From contig CAZHEF010000002.1 of assembly GCA_964531645.1 (NCBI GenBank), positions 8,171 through 72,170 of the forward strand: a DNA stretch of 64,000 nucleotides. Direction: 5' to 3'. Within the stretch, counting starts at the first letter, position 1. Each line of letters begins with the position of its first letter. The DNA comes from an uncultured Clostridia bacterium. Lineage in GTDB: Bacteria; Acidobacteriota; Aminicenantia; JBFLYD01; JBBIMS01. The notes under the pieces were generated by a model. The model did not search any database, was not told the DNA's origin, and saw nothing but the letters and a program-made list of their open reading frames with translations. The translations under genes and the position numbers were made by a program. Shown one piece after another: positions 1 to 11,666 of the stretch.

Positions 1-3000
1 ATGAATGGGCCGAGAAGAAATTTGCGATTCTAACAGAAAGTGACTATCACAAAATAGTTAAAGAGGATAGAGACAAAGTCTGGAGAGTAGATAGCGCTCT
101 GAAATATTTTGAAAAGGAGTATGGGCTTAAGTATGGAATGGGAGCAGAAGCATTAAAAGAACTTCTCAAGAGGGTTAATGTTGAAGCAGAGGCGCAAAAG
201 CTTAGAAAAGCAATGATGAAAGAAGGTTCCCTTCAGAAAAAGCTAAAATTTGCAAAGAGACTTGAGATAGTGGAAGCATTTAAAAACTCAGGGAATAGCC
301 CTGAGTGGATGATTCTGGATGTTCTACCCGTTCTACCACCTGATCTTCGCCCTCTTGTTCGATTAGATGGTGGAAGGTTTGCAACATCAGATCTCAATGA
401 CCTCTACAGAAGAGTTATAAATAGAAACAACAGACTGAAAAAACTTATTGCAATTGGGGCTCCTGAACTAATTATAAGAAATGAAAAAAGGATGCTTCAA
501 GAGGCAGTGGATGCTCTTTTTGATAATGGAAGAAGGGGTAAAGTTCAGGTTGGTGCGGGAAGGAAGCCCCTAAAATCTCTCAGCGAGTCTCTGAGAGGTA
601 AGCAAGGGAGGTTCAGACATAATCTTCTCGGTAAAAGAGTAGATTATTCAGGGAGGTCAGTCATAGTTGTAGGTCCTGAACTTAGACTCCATCAGTGTGG
701 GCTTCCGAAGAAAATGGCTCTTGAGCTATTCAAACCGTTTCTCTATCACAAACTTATAAAAGAAGGGGTTGCTAACTCACCAAAGGAGGCAAAGATTCTC
801 GTTGATCAAGAAAGCCCTGAAATCTGGCGTTACCTTGAAGAGGTTGTCAAAGACCATCCTGTCCTTTTAAACAGAGCTCCAACATTACATCGTCTCGGCA
901 TCCAAGCCTTCGAACCTATTCTTGTGGATGGAAAAGCAATAAAAATCCATCCCCTCGTCTGTCCCGCGTTCAACGCTGATTTCGACGGAGACCAGATGGC
1001 GGTTCACATACCTCTTTCAACAGAAGCTCAGGCTGAGGCTTCCCTTTTGATACTATCTTCATACAATATTCTTTCTCCCGCTCACGGAAAACCTCTTGCT
1101 GTCCCTACTCAGGACATGATTCTCGGTTGTTACTATCTCACCCTTGAGAAGCCTGGAGCCAAAGGGACTGGAAAAATATTCTCTTCAAAACGTGAAACTT
1201 TCTATGCCTATGAGGTCGGAGAGTGCTCTCTTCATGCTCCTATAAAGGTGCCTATAAATAAGCCATTTATGGATCTTTCAATATTCTATGATAATCAGGA
1301 TGTTCTCAACTGCCCTGTTTCTGAAGCAAAGGGCGGATTGGTTACAACAACTGTTGGAAGGCTAATATTCAATGAGATTGTTCCTGAGGAAATACCTTAC
1401 ATAAATGGACTTCTCAAGAAAAAAGGAATTCAAAACTTTATTTACTATGTTTATCTTAAGAAGGGTTTAAAAGACACCATAGAACTTTTAGATAAGCTAA
1501 AAGATCTTGGATTTTACTACGCAACAAAGGCAGGCTTCTCAATCGGAATTGATGATATGACAATTCCGCAAGAAAAGAATGAATTGATCAAAAAAGCAGA
1601 GGAGGAGGTCAAAGAAGTTGAGAAACAGTATCTCGATGGAATTCTCTCAGCTGGAGAAAGATACAATAAGGTTGTTGGAATCTGGGACAATATTACCAAT
1701 AAGATCGGAAACATGATGTTTACACGAATGGAATATGAGAGTAAGAAATCTGATTATTTGAACCCTCTCTTTGTTATGGCTGATTCAGGTGCAAGAGGCT
1801 CAAAGACCCAGATCCAGCAGCTTGCAGGGATGAGAGGACTTATGGCAAAACCTTCAGGTGAGATTATAGAAACACCTATAACATCCAATTTAAGAGAGGG
1901 TCTTTCAGTGCTCCAGTACTTTATCTCTACCCACGGAGCAAGAAAAGGCCTTGCAGATACCGCATTGAAGACAGCTAATGCGGGTTATTTGACAAGAAAG
2001 CTTATCGATGTCTCTCATGATGTAATTGTAACCGAAGAAGACTGCGGAACAATCGATGGTATTTATGTATCAGCAATTGTTGAAAATGGTGAAATTCTTG
2101 AAACCTTTGAAGAAAGGATTATAGGAAGAGTTTCCCTTGAAACAATTTATGACCCTGATACTGGAGAACCGATAGTCAATTCGAATGAAGAAATAACAGA
2201 GGAAATTGCAAACAAACTTACAAATGCTGGTATTGAAAGAATAAAAATAAGATCAGTCCTAACCTGTGAAGCAAGAAGAGGTGTTTGCAGGCTCTGTTAC
2301 GGAAGGGATCTTTCATCGGGAAAACTTGTTGAACTGGGTGAGGCTGTTGGAATTATAGCTGCCCAGTCGATAGGAGAACCTGGTACTCAGCTAACAATGA
2401 GGACATTCCATGTTGGAGGCGTTGCATCAAAAATAGGTGAAGCGTCAAAATTGGCTTCACGCCATGAGGGAAAAGTAAAATTTATAAATCTCCAGACTGT
2501 AAGAGACCGTGAAGGAAATCTTGTTGTAACAAACAGGACTGGTTACATAGCCATCATTGATGACAAAGGGAGAGAAAGAGAGCATTTCCAGATAGCTTAC
2601 GGAGCTACATTAAAAGTAAATGATGGAAATCCAATAAAAGCAAATCAGGTCTTTGTAGAATGGGATCCATATACATCATCAATAATAACAGAAGCAACTG
2701 GATTTGTCGAATTCAGAGATATAGAGAGAGGAGTTACAATGGAAGAGGAGCAGGATGAGATAACAGGACTTATAACTCAGATAATTGTTGAGTGGAAGGA
2801 AGAGAAAAAACAACCTCAAATATGGGTGAAAAGTGAAAATGAAGGAAAAGTATTGAAAAGATATCATATCCCTGTAGGGGCTCGTCTTATGGTAAAAGAG
2901 GGAGCAGAAGTTCATGCAGGAGATGTTCTTGCAAAAATTCCAAGGATGACAGCCAAGACAAAGGATATTACTGGAGGACTTCCGAGAGCTGTTGACCTCT

Positions 3001-3743
3001 TTGAAGCAAGGGTTCCTGATCCAAAGAAAACTCCAGTTGCTGTTGTCTCAGAAATAGATGGAAAGGTCAAAATCTTGGGTATTTCAAAGGGTTCAAGGAA
3101 GATAAAAGTTATTAATGAGACAGGAATGGAGAAGGAGTACGCAATTCCGAAAGGAGCTCACTTAAGGGTTCAGGATGATGAAAAAATAAAGGCTGGGGAG
3201 CCTCTAAATGAAGGCGCTGTCAACCCTCATGAAATCCTAAGAGTTCTTGGTGAAAAAGCTCTTGCAGACTATCTTCTAAAGGAAATTCAGGAGGTTTATA
3301 GATCCCAGGGTGTTCAGATAAATGACAAACATATAGAAATAATAGTCAAACAGATGATGAGATGGGTTGTAATTGAAGATGTTGGTTCCACAAGATTTAT
3401 AGTTGGTGAGAAAGTTGAAAAGGCTCTCTTCTTAGAGGAAAACCAGAGAGTTATTAATGAGGGTGGAAAACCTGCAAAGGCAAGACCTATTTTACTTGGA
3501 ATTTCAAAAGCAACTCTTAACAATAAAAGCTTTATTTCCTCTGCCTCATTCCAGGAAACAACAAAAATACTTACAGATGCAGCAATCGCAGGAAAAATCG
3601 ACAACCTTGTTGGTCTAAAAGAAAATGTGATAATGGGTAGACTTATTCCAGCAGGAACTGGCTACCACTATTACAACATGCCCGATTTCGAACTGAAAGA
3701 AGAGATGCTTCTCGAGCCTGTTGAAGAGGGGAAAAGGATGTAA
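1..3743 (+). CDS. rpoC: DNA-directed RNA polymerase subunit beta' (3' portion; 5' end lies outside the window, reading frame is open from base 3)
   Basis: Translation carries the conserved beta' blocks [56 protein letters not shown] (catalytic Mg site) and the trigger-loop region. The frame stays open upstream of the first ATG to the window edge. Confidence 0.95.
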   Translation, partial: EWAEKKFAILTESDYHKIVKEDRDKVWRVDSALKYFEKEYGLKYGMGAEALKELLKRVNVEAEAQKLRKAMMKEGSLQKKLKFAKRLEIVEAFKNSGNSPEWMILDVLPVLPPDLRPLVRLDGGRFATSDLNDLYRRVINRNNRLKKLIAIGAPELIIRNEKRMLQEAVDALFDNGRRGKVQVGAGRKPLKSLSESLRGKQGRFRHNLLGKRVDYSGRSVIVVGPELRLHQCGLPKKMALELFKPFLYHKLIKEGVANSPKEAKILVDQESPEIWRYLEEVVKDHPVLLNRAPTLHRLGIQAFEPILVDGKAIKIHPLVCPAFNADFDGDQMAVHIPLSTEAQAEASLLILSSYNILSPAHGKPLAVPTQDMILGCYYLTLEKPGAKGTGKIFSSKRETFYAYEVGECSLHAPIKVPINKPFMDLSIFYDNQDVLNCPVSEAKGGLVTTTVGRLIFNEIVPEEIPYINGLLKKKGIQNFIYYVYLKKGLKDTIELLDKLKDLGFYYATKAGFSIGIDDMTIPQEKNELIKKAEEEVKEVEKQYLDGILSAGERYNKVVGIWDNITNKIGNMMFTRMEYESKKSDYLNPLFVMADSGARGSKTQIQQLAGMRGLMAKPSGEIIETPITSNLREGLSVLQYFISTHGARKGLADTALKTANAGYLTRKLIDVSHDVIVTEEDCGTIDGIYVSAIVENGEILETFEERIIGRVSLETIYDPDTGEPIVNSNEEITEEIANKLTNAGIERIKIRSVLTCEARRGVCRLCYGRDLSSGKLVELGEAVGIIAAQSIGEPGTQLTMRTFHVGGVASKIGEASKLASRHEGKVKFINLQTVRDREGNLVVTNRTGYIAIIDDKGREREHFQIAYGATLKVNDGNPIKANQVFVEWDPYTSSIITEATGFVEFRDIERGVTMEEEQDEITGLITQIIVEWKEEKKQPQIWVKSENEGKVLKRYHIPVGARLMVKEGAEVHAGDVLAKIPRMTAKTKDITGGLPRAVDLFEARVPDPKKTPVAVVSEIDGKVKILGISKGSRKIKVINETGMEKEYAIPKGAHLRVQDDEKIKAGEPLNEGAVNPHEILRVLGEKALADYLLKEIQEVYRSQGVQINDKHIEIIVKQMMRWVVIEDVGSTRFIVGEKVEKALFLEENQRVINEGGKPAKARPILLGISKATLNNKSFISSASFQETTKILTDAAIAGKIDNLVGLKENVIMGRLIPAGTGYHYYNMPDFELKEEMLLEPVEEGKRM

Positions 3744-4145
3744 AAAAAGAGAAACTCAAGGCTGGCAAGAAAAGAGGTGTAATCTTAGAAATTGAGATTT
3801 CAAGTAAAGATTAAAAGAGAAAAATATTTATCTTAAAATCTGAAAGCAAAGTCTTTCTATTTTTCAATAGAGTTTTTTGTAAAATTAAACCTTAACTTCG
3901 TAAAAATTAAGTAATAGGATATAAAACATAATGATTTTTCTCGTTATTAGACAAGCTTTTCCCTCTCACACTTGTATTTTTATGTTATTACTTATTAAGT
4001 AATATGAAAATTTGCTTATTTTACTTTTGATAAGGAAGGCATAGTTAAAAGAGAAGCATGATTAGAGCTCAATTTCCAAAACAATAAAATAAATAGATTT
4101 GGAAGAATAATTGTACATATTACTTAAAATGGACGGAGTTAGGGA

Positions 4146-5147
4146 TTAAAACTCTAATCTATCCTTTACCTCCCATTTCGAGAGGTCTTTTGAGAGTTTG
4201 ACCATTTCAAATATTCCTTTATTTTCTGATACTGTAACTCTGCAATAATGATAAGTAGGACCATCTTCTTTGTAAAAATCATCTTCACTCCTATTTACCA
4301 TATAGGGAGGAGCTCCTCCACCTGCTGTGACAATGTAATTAATTCCATTTATTAAATATCTTTCATAGTTATGTTTGTGGGCAGTAAAGGCAATGTGGGT
4401 TTTTAGTCCTTTCTGATTTAAATCTTCAATTAATTCAGCAATAACCTTCTCTGCTTTCCTTGCCTTTCCATACTTGGTCTTTGTATAAGGAGGATGATGC
4501 ATGCATACAAAAACAAATTTTCCTCTGCTATTTTCAATTTCTTCCTTCAGAAATTCATATTGAGGGCTTCCAGGAGAGTGGTCAGTCGTTGTATCAATAA
4601 CTATGAACTTGCAATTCCCGTAAATGAATGTATACCATCTTCTTCCTTCAAGGAAAGGAAATCTTTTGAAATATCCTTTTAAAAGAATTTCTGGGTCCCC
4701 CTTCTTTGGAAAAATCTCTGTTCGAGCCACTCTATACTCATGATTACCAAGGACAGGAAAAAATTGAATTCCATTTTTTATAATCTCACCGTCAAAAGCG
4801 TCAAATATCTCCCATTGGTGCTCATCGTGAAATGTAACCATATCTCCAAGATTTATTACAAAATCAGGTCTCTCTTCTATAATTTTCTTAACAATCATTG
4901 CCCTGTGAATTGTTGAATTTTCCCTTGAGTCTCCATATACAATGAATTTGAAAGGATAACTTACATCTTCTCTCTCAAAAATTAAAGGGTTAGAATTTTG
5001 TTCGTAGTCATAAGAAACATCACGGATAAAAAGAGAAACAAATGAGTCAGGAAGGCTTGTAAAAATATCAAATTTGTAGCTCAGCTGACCGAGAAAGAAG
5101 GAGAGGAGAAATACAAAAATAGTGGTCAATACTTTTTTGATTTTCAT
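4146..5147 (-). CDS. Secreted calcineurin-like metallophosphoesterase
   Basis: Motifs GDSRE...NLGDMV...GNHEY are typical of metallophosphatases. N-terminal signal peptide MKIKKVLTTIFVFLL. Start moved to the internal ATG at 5147 because GGAGGT lies 5 nt upstream. Confidence 0.7.
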   Translation of the reverse strand: MKIKKVLTTIFVFLLSFFLGQLSYKFDIFTSLPDSFVSLFIRDVSYDYEQNSNPLIFEREDVSYPFKFIVYGDSRENSTIHRAMIVKKIIEERPDFVINLGDMVTFHDEHQWEIFDAFDGEIIKNGIQFFPVLGNHEYRVARTEIFPKKGDPEILLKGYFKRFPFLEGRRWYTFIYGNCKFIVIDTTTDHSPGSPQYEFLKEEIENSRGKFVFVCMHHPPYTKTKYGKARKAEKVIAELIEDLNQKGLKTHIAFTAHKHNYERYLINGINYIVTAGGGAPPYMVNRSEDDFYKEDGPTYHYCRVTVSENKGIFEMVKLSKDLSKWEVKDRLEF

Positions 5148-5273
5148 TAAAACCTCCACATATATAAAAACTTATTTTCATTTAAACTAATTCAATGAAT
5201 AGCACAAGCTACAGGCTTCAAGCTTCAGGTAATTTCCTCTAAGAGATACATTTTAACTTTTAAATTTTGAATT

Positions 5274-6149
5274 TTAACTTTTTCCAAGGACTTCTTTAAC
5301 CTTCAGACCAATTTCAGCTGGTGACTTTACAACATGAACTCCAGCTGAGCTTAGAGCTTTCATCTTTTCCTCAGCAGTCCCCTTTCCACCTGAAATTATA
5401 GCTCCGGCATGACCCATCCTTCTTCCAGGAGGAGCTGTCTGTCCAGCGATGAAGCTGAAAACAGGCCTCTTGAATTCTTTCTTTATATATTCTGCTGCCT
5501 CTTCTTCAGTGGAACCACCAATTTCTCCTATAAGGACAACCGCTTCGGTTTCAGGGTCATCTTTGAAAAGTTTTAATATATCAACAAAGGTTGAGCCAAC
5601 AATAGGGTCTCCACCAATCCCTACAGCTGTTGATTGTCCAAAACCAAGTTTTGTGAGTTGGTCAACTGCTTCATAGGTCAAGGTTCCAGAACGGGAGACA
5701 ATGCCAATGGTTCCCGGCTTATGAATATGTCCTGGCATAATCCCCATTTTGCATTTTCCTGGAGAAATAACTCCAGGGCAATTGGGACCTATAAGCCTTG
5801 CCCTATTTAAAGTGACATATTTCTTTACATTTACCATATCCAGGGCAGGGACCCCTTCTGTAATACAAACAATAACTTTAATTCCCGCATCAACTGCCTC
5901 ACATATTGCATCAGGAGCAAAAGGTGCGGGAACAAAAATTATTGATGCATTTGCTCCCTCTTTGTTTACTGCTTCCTCAACTGTATTGTAAACAGGGATT
6001 CCAAGATGAGTTGTTCCACCCTTTCCAGGGGTTACTCCTGCAACAATTTTTGTTCCATATTCCAGCATCTGCTGGGAGTGGAATGTCCCTTCTCTTCCGG
6101 TAAATCCCTGAACAACCACTCTTGTATTTTTATCAATTAATATTGCCAT
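5274..6149 (-). CDS. sucD: Succinyl-CoA synthetase alpha subunit
   Basis: CoA-binding and ligase-CoA motifs ([26 protein letters not shown]). Start chosen at MAILIDK at 6149, with GGAGAG RBS, rather than the upstream ATG at 6185. Confidence 0.85.
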   Translation of the reverse strand: MAILIDKNTRVVVQGFTGREGTFHSQQMLEYGTKIVAGVTPGKGGTTHLGIPVYNTVEEAVNKEGANASIIFVPAPFAPDAICEAVDAGIKVIVCITEGVPALDMVNVKKYVTLNRARLIGPNCPGVISPGKCKMGIMPGHIHKPGTIGIVSRSGTLTYEAVDQLTKLGFGQSTAVGIGGDPIVGSTFVDILKLFKDDPETEAVVLIGEIGGSTEEEAAEYIKKEFKRPVFSFIAGQTAPPGRRMGHAGAIISGGKGTAEEKMKALSSAGVHVVKSPAEIGLKVKEVLGKS

Positions 6150-6162
6150 TTCATCTCTCCTT

Positions 6163-7326
6163 TCAATTTTTTCTGGCAAGTTCAACTGCCTTTTCAGCAG
6201 CTTCCTTCATTGTTTTTGCCGCATATAGATTTAAATTTGAGTTCATCAAGATTTCTCTCGCTACTTCAACATTTGTTCCTTCCAGTCTAACAACTATTGG
6301 TAAAGAACCCCCAACTTCCTTTGCAGCATTTACAACTCCCTGAGCAACAATGTCGCATCTCACAATTCCTCCAAAAATATTGATGAGAACCGCTTTTACT
6401 GATTTATCTGCGATGAGAATTTTGAAGGCATTTCTAACCCTTTCCTCGTTTGCTCCTCCACCCACATCAAGGAAGTTGGCAGGCATTCCTCCCGAATGCT
6501 TTATTATATCCATTGTTGCCATTGCAAGCCCCGCTCCATTTACCATGCATCCAACATTTCCATCAAGCTTTATATAATTAAGGTCATATTTTGATGCTTC
6601 AACTTCAAGGGGCTCCTCCTCATAAATATCCCTCATCTCCTTTATTTCAGGGTGACGGAAAAGAGCATTATCGTCAAAATTTATTTTGGCATCAAGGGCA
6701 AGAACTTGCTGATCTTTTGTAAGGACAAGAGGATTAATCTCTGCAAGAGATGCATCAGTCGAGTGGAAAGCTTTCCATAAACCAAGAATAAATGAAACAC
6801 ACTCTTGAAAAGCTCTTTCTTTAAGCCCAAGAGAGAAAGCAAGCTTCCTTGCCTGATACGGAAGGAATCGAACAGTTGGGTCTACCCATTCTTTAAAAAT
6901 TAGCTCAGGATGTTCTTCTGCTACTTTTTCAATTTCAACACCTCCTTCTGGTGAAGCCATTATCACGGGACACTCTTTTATTCTGTCCAGAACAATTCCA
7001 AGATAGAGTTCCTTTTCAACTTCAAGGGCTTCCTCCACAAGAACTTTCCTTACAACCTTACCTTCAGGACCTGTCTGATAGGTTATAAGAGTCACACCAA
7101 TCATTTCTTTTCCAATTTTCTCTGCTTCTTCTGGAGTTTTAGCAACCTTTATACCCCCTGCTTTCCCTCTTCCTCCTGCATGGATCTGTGCTTTTATAAC
7201 AACTGGTTTCCCAATCTCCTCAGCAATTTTTCTGACCTCCTGAGGGGTCTCAGTCACTCCTCCCTTCGGTATTTTTACATTGAATTTTGCAAGAATGTTT
7301 TTTGCCTGATATTCATGAATCTTCAT
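6163..7326 (-). CDS. sucC: Succinyl-CoA synthetase beta subunit (ATP-grasp)
   Basis: N-terminus [12 protein letters not shown] and the ATP-grasp fold are typical of SucC. GGAGGA RBS upstream. Confidence 0.9.
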   Translation of the reverse strand: MKIHEYQAKNILAKFNVKIPKGGVTETPQEVRKIAEEIGKPVVIKAQIHAGGRGKAGGIKVAKTPEEAEKIGKEMIGVTLITYQTGPEGKVVRKVLVEEALEVEKELYLGIVLDRIKECPVIMASPEGGVEIEKVAEEHPELIFKEWVDPTVRFLPYQARKLAFSLGLKERAFQECVSFILGLWKAFHSTDASLAEINPLVLTKDQQVLALDAKINFDDNALFRHPEIKEMRDIYEEEPLEVEASKYDLNYIKLDGNVGCMVNGAGLAMATMDIIKHSGGMPANFLDVGGGANEERVRNAFKILIADKSVKAVLINIFGGIVRCDIVAQGVVNAAKEVGGSLPIVVRLEGTNVEVAREILMNSNLNLYAAKTMKEAAEKAVELARKN

Positions 7327-7450
7327 AATAAATCCTCCATAAAATTTAAATTAATATTATACCCTCTGAAAGGAAATTATCAAAAGATTAGCTCACCTTA
7401 TTTCGAACTCTTGAATGAGAGATTTAAATTTGATCTTTAGTTTCTTTGCT

Positions 7451-7478
7451 CAGCTATGAGCTGTTAGCTGTCAGCTAT
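7451..7478. repeat. AGCT-rich tandem palindromes (CAGCTATGAGCTG-TT-AGCTGTCAGCT) immediately 3' of the fumarase-beta stop
   Basis: Perfect short palindrome AGCTG-T-CAGCT plus an adjacent imperfect one. Related copies at 18939..18952, 63171..63195, 63575..63616 and 5205..5236, all directly after stop codons. Confidence 0.5.
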
Positions 7479-8029
7479 TTTATCTGATATTTTTCTTTTC
7501 CCATCTCGTAGAGGTCGTTACCGTATATGTCATTTATGACTATGCACGGGAAATCTTCAACTTCCAATCTGTAAATTGCTTCTGGACCAAGTTCGGGATA
7601 GGCAACAACTTCGGATGATTTTATGAATTTAGAAATTAAAGCACCCGCACCCCCTACAGCAGCAAGATAAACGCCTTTATATTTTTTCATTGCTTCTTTT
7701 ACTTCCTTTGACCTCTCACCTTTTCCAATTGTCACTCTGAGACCGAGGGAATGCAATAGAGGAGTATATTTATCCATTCTGCCTGATGTTGTTGGACCAG
7801 CTGAACCAATAACTTTTCTAGGACGAGCAGGGGTTGGACCTACATAGTAAATCACCTGATCCTTCAAATCAATAGGAAGAGGTTTACCTTCTGATGCAAT
7901 TTCAAAAATTTTCTTGTGGGCAGTGTCTCTCCCTGTTAGAATATAACCAGATATTAAGACTTTATCTCCTGCTTTAAGTTTTTCAACATCCTTTTCAGTT
8001 ATGGGTGTTCTAAGTTTATGAACAGCCAT
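7475..8029 (-). CDS. Fe-S hydro-lyase beta subunit (class I fumarate hydratase / L-tartrate dehydratase beta, FumB/TtdB-like)
   Basis: 184 aa with GRDTAHKK and GPTTSGRMD-like motifs characteristic of the two-subunit class I fumarase C-terminal domain. Separated from mdh by a 7-nt gap containing GAGGT. Confidence 0.7.
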   Translation of the reverse strand: MAVHKLRTPITEKDVEKLKAGDKVLISGYILTGRDTAHKKIFEIASEGKPLPIDLKDQVIYYVGPTPARPRKVIGSAGPTTSGRMDKYTPLLHSLGLRVTIGKGERSKEVKEAMKKYKGVYLAAVGGAGALISKFIKSSEVVAYPELGPEAIYRLEVEDFPCIVINDIYGNDLYEMGKEKYQIK

Positions 8030-8036
8030 ATCTACC

Positions 8037-8984
8037 TCACAATTTCATAAGATTTATAACACTTTTTACTGCATTTGCTGATTTTTCAAGAGCAGCCTTC
8101 TCCTCTGATGTCAGTTTGACTTCAATTATCTCTTCTATTCCTTTGGCACCAAGTTTAACAGGGACACCAAGGAATGTTCCAGATATTCCATATTCACCTT
8201 CAACATAAGCAGAGCAAGGGAGTATCTTTTTCTTGTCCTTTATAATTGCATCAACCATTAGATGCACAGCTGCAGATGGTGTGTAATAGGCACTGGATGG
8301 AGCGCCTGGAAGACCTGCTTTTCCAAAAAGAGCAACAAGTTCTCCTCCACCTTTTCTTGTCCTTTCAATAAGGGCGTCCACTCTCTCCTTTGAGAGGAAC
8401 TCAGTGAGTGGAACTCCTGCTATTGTTGTGTAGGAAGGAAGAGGAACCATCTCGTCTCCATGACCTCCGAGAACCAATGCCTGGATATTTTCTACTGAAA
8501 CATTCAACTCCATTGCGATAAAAGTGGAGAATCTTGCAGAATCAAGAATTCCAGCCATTCCCATAACCCTGTGTTTCGGAAACCCGCTCACTTTGTAGGC
8601 AACATATGTCATTGCATCGAGGGGGTTTGTAACAACAATTATTATGCAGTTGGGAGAATACTTGCAAACATTTTCTGTTACAGGTTTTACTATTTCAAGG
8701 TTTTTAAATACAAGATCATCTCTGCTCATACCAGGTTTTCTCGGGAAACCTGCTGTTATGACTACAATGTCAGAATTCTCTGTGTCCTTGTAGTCCTGAG
8801 TCCCAGCAATTCGAGTGTCAAAACCGTATACCGGACCTGATTGAAGCATATCAAGCCCTTTCCCCTGAGGAATACCTTCAAGAACATCAAGTAGAACCAC
8901 ATCCCCAAGCTCAGCTTCAACAAGCCTCTGGGCTGTTGTGGCTCCGACATAGCCCGCACCAATTACTGAAATCTTAGGTCTCAT
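8037..8984 (-). CDS. mdh: Malate dehydrogenase (LDH-like family)
   Basis: Rossmann motif [12 protein letters not shown] and catalytic-loop motifs GHGDEM and [16 protein letters not shown]. Confidence 0.85.
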   Translation of the reverse strand: MRPKISVIGAGYVGATTAQRLVEAELGDVVLLDVLEGIPQGKGLDMLQSGPVYGFDTRIAGTQDYKDTENSDIVVITAGFPRKPGMSRDDLVFKNLEIVKPVTENVCKYSPNCIIIVVTNPLDAMTYVAYKVSGFPKHRVMGMAGILDSARFSTFIAMELNVSVENIQALVLGGHGDEMVPLPSYTTIAGVPLTEFLSKERVDALIERTRKGGGELVALFGKAGLPGAPSSAYYTPSAAVHLMVDAIIKDKKKILPCSAYVEGEYGISGTFLGVPVKLGAKGIEEIIEVKLTSEEKAALEKSANAVKSVINLMKL

Positions 8985-9015
8985 AAAGCCTCCTTTTTTA
9001 TTTTAAATTAATTTT

Positions 9016-10233
9016 TTAGTCCTTCTTACTCGCAAAACTTTCCCATTTCTTTTGAAGATTTTGATCCTCTATTGTTTCCAATATATAATCACAAAATTCT
9101 CTTCCGGTTGCTCCTGTATAACGACCTGTCATTACAAGTTTCCTTTCGTATTGACCGCATATATCAAGAGCCATCTCAAGTTTATTCCCCAACTCAGAAT
9201 ACCCTATGTGATTTAGGAGCATTGCTCCTGCTTTTATGACAGAGGATGGATCCGCATACTGGGTTCTTCCCTCCTGAACCATTCTCGGTGCACTTCCATG
9301 AATTGCTTCAAACATTGCATATCTTTTCCCAATATTGGCACTTCCAGCAGTTCCAACGCCTCCCTGAAATTCTGCTGCCTCGTCAGTTATTATATCACCA
9401 TAGAGATTGGGAAGAACAAAAACCTGAAAATCAGTCCTTCTCTTTGTGTCTATAAGCTTTGCTGTCATTATGTCTATGAACCAGTCGTCAGCTGTGATTT
9501 CAGGATACTCCTTTGCAATTCTGAAAAATGTTTTGAGGAAAAGTCCATCTGTTGTCTTTACAACATTAGCTTTTGTAACTGCTGTGACTCTTTTCTTTCC
9601 TGTTTTTCTTGCATATTCAAATCCAAGTCTTATTATCCTTTCACTTCCTGGTTCTGTTATCAATTTAAAATCTATTGCCAGCCCATCAACAACTTCAACA
9701 CCGTAGGGGCCTAAAGCATAAACATCTTCAGTGTTTTCTCGGAAGAAAATCCAGTCAATTCCTTCTGAAGGGACTCTAACAGGACGGACATTTGCAAACA
9801 AATCAAGTTCCTTCCTTATTGCCACATTAGCGCTTTCAACATTGGGCCATGGATCTCCTGCCTTGGGAGTTGTGGTAGGTCCTTTAAGAAGGATATGGCA
9901 TTTTTTGAGCTCCTCAAGGGTGTCATCAGGAATTGCCTTATTTAACTGGGCTCTCCTCTCGATTGTCAGTCCCTCAATCACACGGAATTCTATTTTGCCC
10001 TTTTTAACCTCATCCTTAAGAAGATGTTCTAAAACTCTTTGAGCTTCAGAAGTTATGTAAGGACCAATTCCGTCTCCTCCAACCACACCTACTATTATTG
10101 GTTTTAATTTGGAGTAATCGACCCACTCCTCTTCCTTTTTAAGCCTTTCAAATCTTTTTAGTTGAGCCTCGAGAATTTTACCAAAATGCTCTTTCGCCCT
10201 ATTGATTTTTTCTTCAAAATTTATCTGTCCCAT
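9016..10233 (-). CDS. icd: Isocitrate dehydrogenase (NADP-type, IDH/IPMDH superfamily)
   Basis: 405 aa. NLYGDIITDEAA and GSAPRM-like motifs of beta-decarboxylating dehydrogenases. GGGAGG RBS. Confidence 0.8.
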   Translation of the reverse strand: MGQINFEEKINRAKEHFGKILEAQLKRFERLKKEEEWVDYSKLKPIIVGVVGGDGIGPYITSEAQRVLEHLLKDEVKKGKIEFRVIEGLTIERRAQLNKAIPDDTLEELKKCHILLKGPTTTPKAGDPWPNVESANVAIRKELDLFANVRPVRVPSEGIDWIFFRENTEDVYALGPYGVEVVDGLAIDFKLITEPGSERIIRLGFEYARKTGKKRVTAVTKANVVKTTDGLFLKTFFRIAKEYPEITADDWFIDIMTAKLIDTKRRTDFQVFVLPNLYGDIITDEAAEFQGGVGTAGSANIGKRYAMFEAIHGSAPRMVQEGRTQYADPSSVIKAGAMLLNHIGYSELGNKLEMALDICGQYERKLVMTGRYTGATGREFCDYILETIEDQNLQKKWESFASKKD

Positions 10234-10467
10234 AATTCCTCCCTTATCATTATTTTAAGAAAAAAGTATAATCTATGGGAAGGAAAGAAGTCAAATGGAA
10301 CAAAAGGCTGAAAAATCGCAGGAATAGGAAGAACACTGGAAATTGAAGGTTGGAGTTTTTAAAATGCAAAATGAAAGAATAAATTCTAATCAAATTGAAA
10401 TCTTCAATTTAAAATTTGCATTTTGCAATGAAGACTTTTCCAATAATTTCTTGAGTAACAAAATCAA

Positions 10468-11535
10468 TCATCGATACTCATTAGGAGACTCTTCACCTTT
10501 CAAAACCCTCAACGCACCTTCCACAAGGGCGAGGAGTTCATCTTCTCCAGGATATAGATAAACTCTTGAAAGGAATTCAATTCTTCTCTTCAAATTTTCC
10601 ACAAGATATTCCTCGTGAGCCATACCTCCTGTTATTATAATTCCATCTATTTTTCCTTCAAGGACAGTAGCCATCCCTCCAGCATCCTTTGCTATTTGAT
10701 ATATCATTGCATCCACAACCTCTTTCGCTTTTTCATCTCCAGCTCTGACTCTTTCCATAACTTCTCTGAAATCTTTAAGTCCAATGTAAGCATAAATTCC
10801 ACCCTCTCCGAATAGCATCTTCTGAACCTGTTCAAAACTATATTTTCCTGAAAAACACAGTTTTGCAAGTTTCATACATGGAACTGTTCCAGTTCTTTCT
10901 ACAGAGAAAGGTCCTTCTTCCATTGAGTTCGTTATATCAACCATTTTCCCTTTTTTGTGGGCTGAAACTGTTATTCCACTTCCGAGGTGTATCACAACCA
11001 AATTCACTTCATTATAATTTTTTATATTCTCCTTTGCCCATCTTTTTGCAGTTGCCTTTGTGTTGAGGGCATGGGAAAGACTTTCCCTTTCAAGGATTGG
11101 ATGACCTGAATACCTTGCAAGTTTGTCCATCTCGTCAACACTAACAGGATCTACAATGTAAGATGGAATTCCGAGCTTTTCAGCAATATCATAAGCTATT
11201 AGTCCTCCAAGATTTGAGGCATGGAATCCCCTTTTACCCTCCTCAAGATCCTTCAACATTGCTTTATTTATAAAGTAGGTTCCACTTTTTAAAGGTTTTA
11301 AAAGACCTCCAATTGCTGAGATGGCAGAAAGTTCGTTAAGATTTATATTTGCCTCTTCCAGTGCCTTTAGAATCTTTTCTATTCTGAAATTCTTCTGCTC
11401 GTTAATATCCCTTAGATTTTTCAACTCATCGTAGGAATGCCTTAATGTTGTGCTCCATATTTGCTCATTGTTTTTAAAAAGACCCAATTTTGTTGAGGAA
11501 GCCCCTGGGTTTATTACTAAAATCAGGAAATCCAT
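10468..11535 (-). CDS. buk: Butyrate kinase / branched-chain acyl kinase (ASKHA family)
   Basis: N-terminus ILVINPGASSTKLGLF and overall length (355 aa) match butyrate kinase. AGGAGGT RBS. Confidence 0.85.
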   Translation of the reverse strand: MDFLILVINPGASSTKLGLFKNNEQIWSTTLRHSYDELKNLRDINEQKNFRIEKILKALEEANINLNELSAISAIGGLLKPLKSGTYFINKAMLKDLEEGKRGFHASNLGGLIAYDIAEKLGIPSYIVDPVSVDEMDKLARYSGHPILERESLSHALNTKATAKRWAKENIKNYNEVNLVVIHLGSGITVSAHKKGKMVDITNSMEEGPFSVERTGTVPCMKLAKLCFSGKYSFEQVQKMLFGEGGIYAYIGLKDFREVMERVRAGDEKAKEVVDAMIYQIAKDAGGMATVLEGKIDGIIITGGMAHEEYLVENLKRRIEFLSRVYLYPGEDELLALVEGALRVLKGEESPNEYR

Positions 11536-11666
11536 TCTTACCTCCTATTAAGAAAGCGAGAAAGGCAAGACGAGCAAGAAAATAGGAAAAGTTAATTGCT
11601 TTGTGCCAACTCTTGAAATTTTCATTTTACAATTTGCAATGCAAAAATGCAAAGAGCATTTTTGTT

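Noticed and set aside
5274-6185. Longer sucD ORF starting at ATG 6185 ([12 protein letters not shown]...)
   Set aside because: That start lies inside the sucC coding end with no RBS. The ATG at 6149 ([10 protein letters not shown], conserved SucD N-terminus) has a GGAGAG site 5 nt upstream.
9298-9714. Multiple 60-150 aa ORFs antisense to long genes (for example 9298..9714, 31198..31452, 36273..36740, 44612..45073)
   Set aside because: They lie entirely within well-supported genes on the opposite strand and have low-complexity composition and no RBS. They are typical shadow ORFs of AT-rich DNA.
10395-10430. TTGCA repeats as sigma-54 (-12 TTGCA) promoters
   Set aside because: No GG(-24) element (TGGCAC) at the required 5-nt spacing on either strand in any of the copies. 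Several copies also sit at 3' ends of genes.
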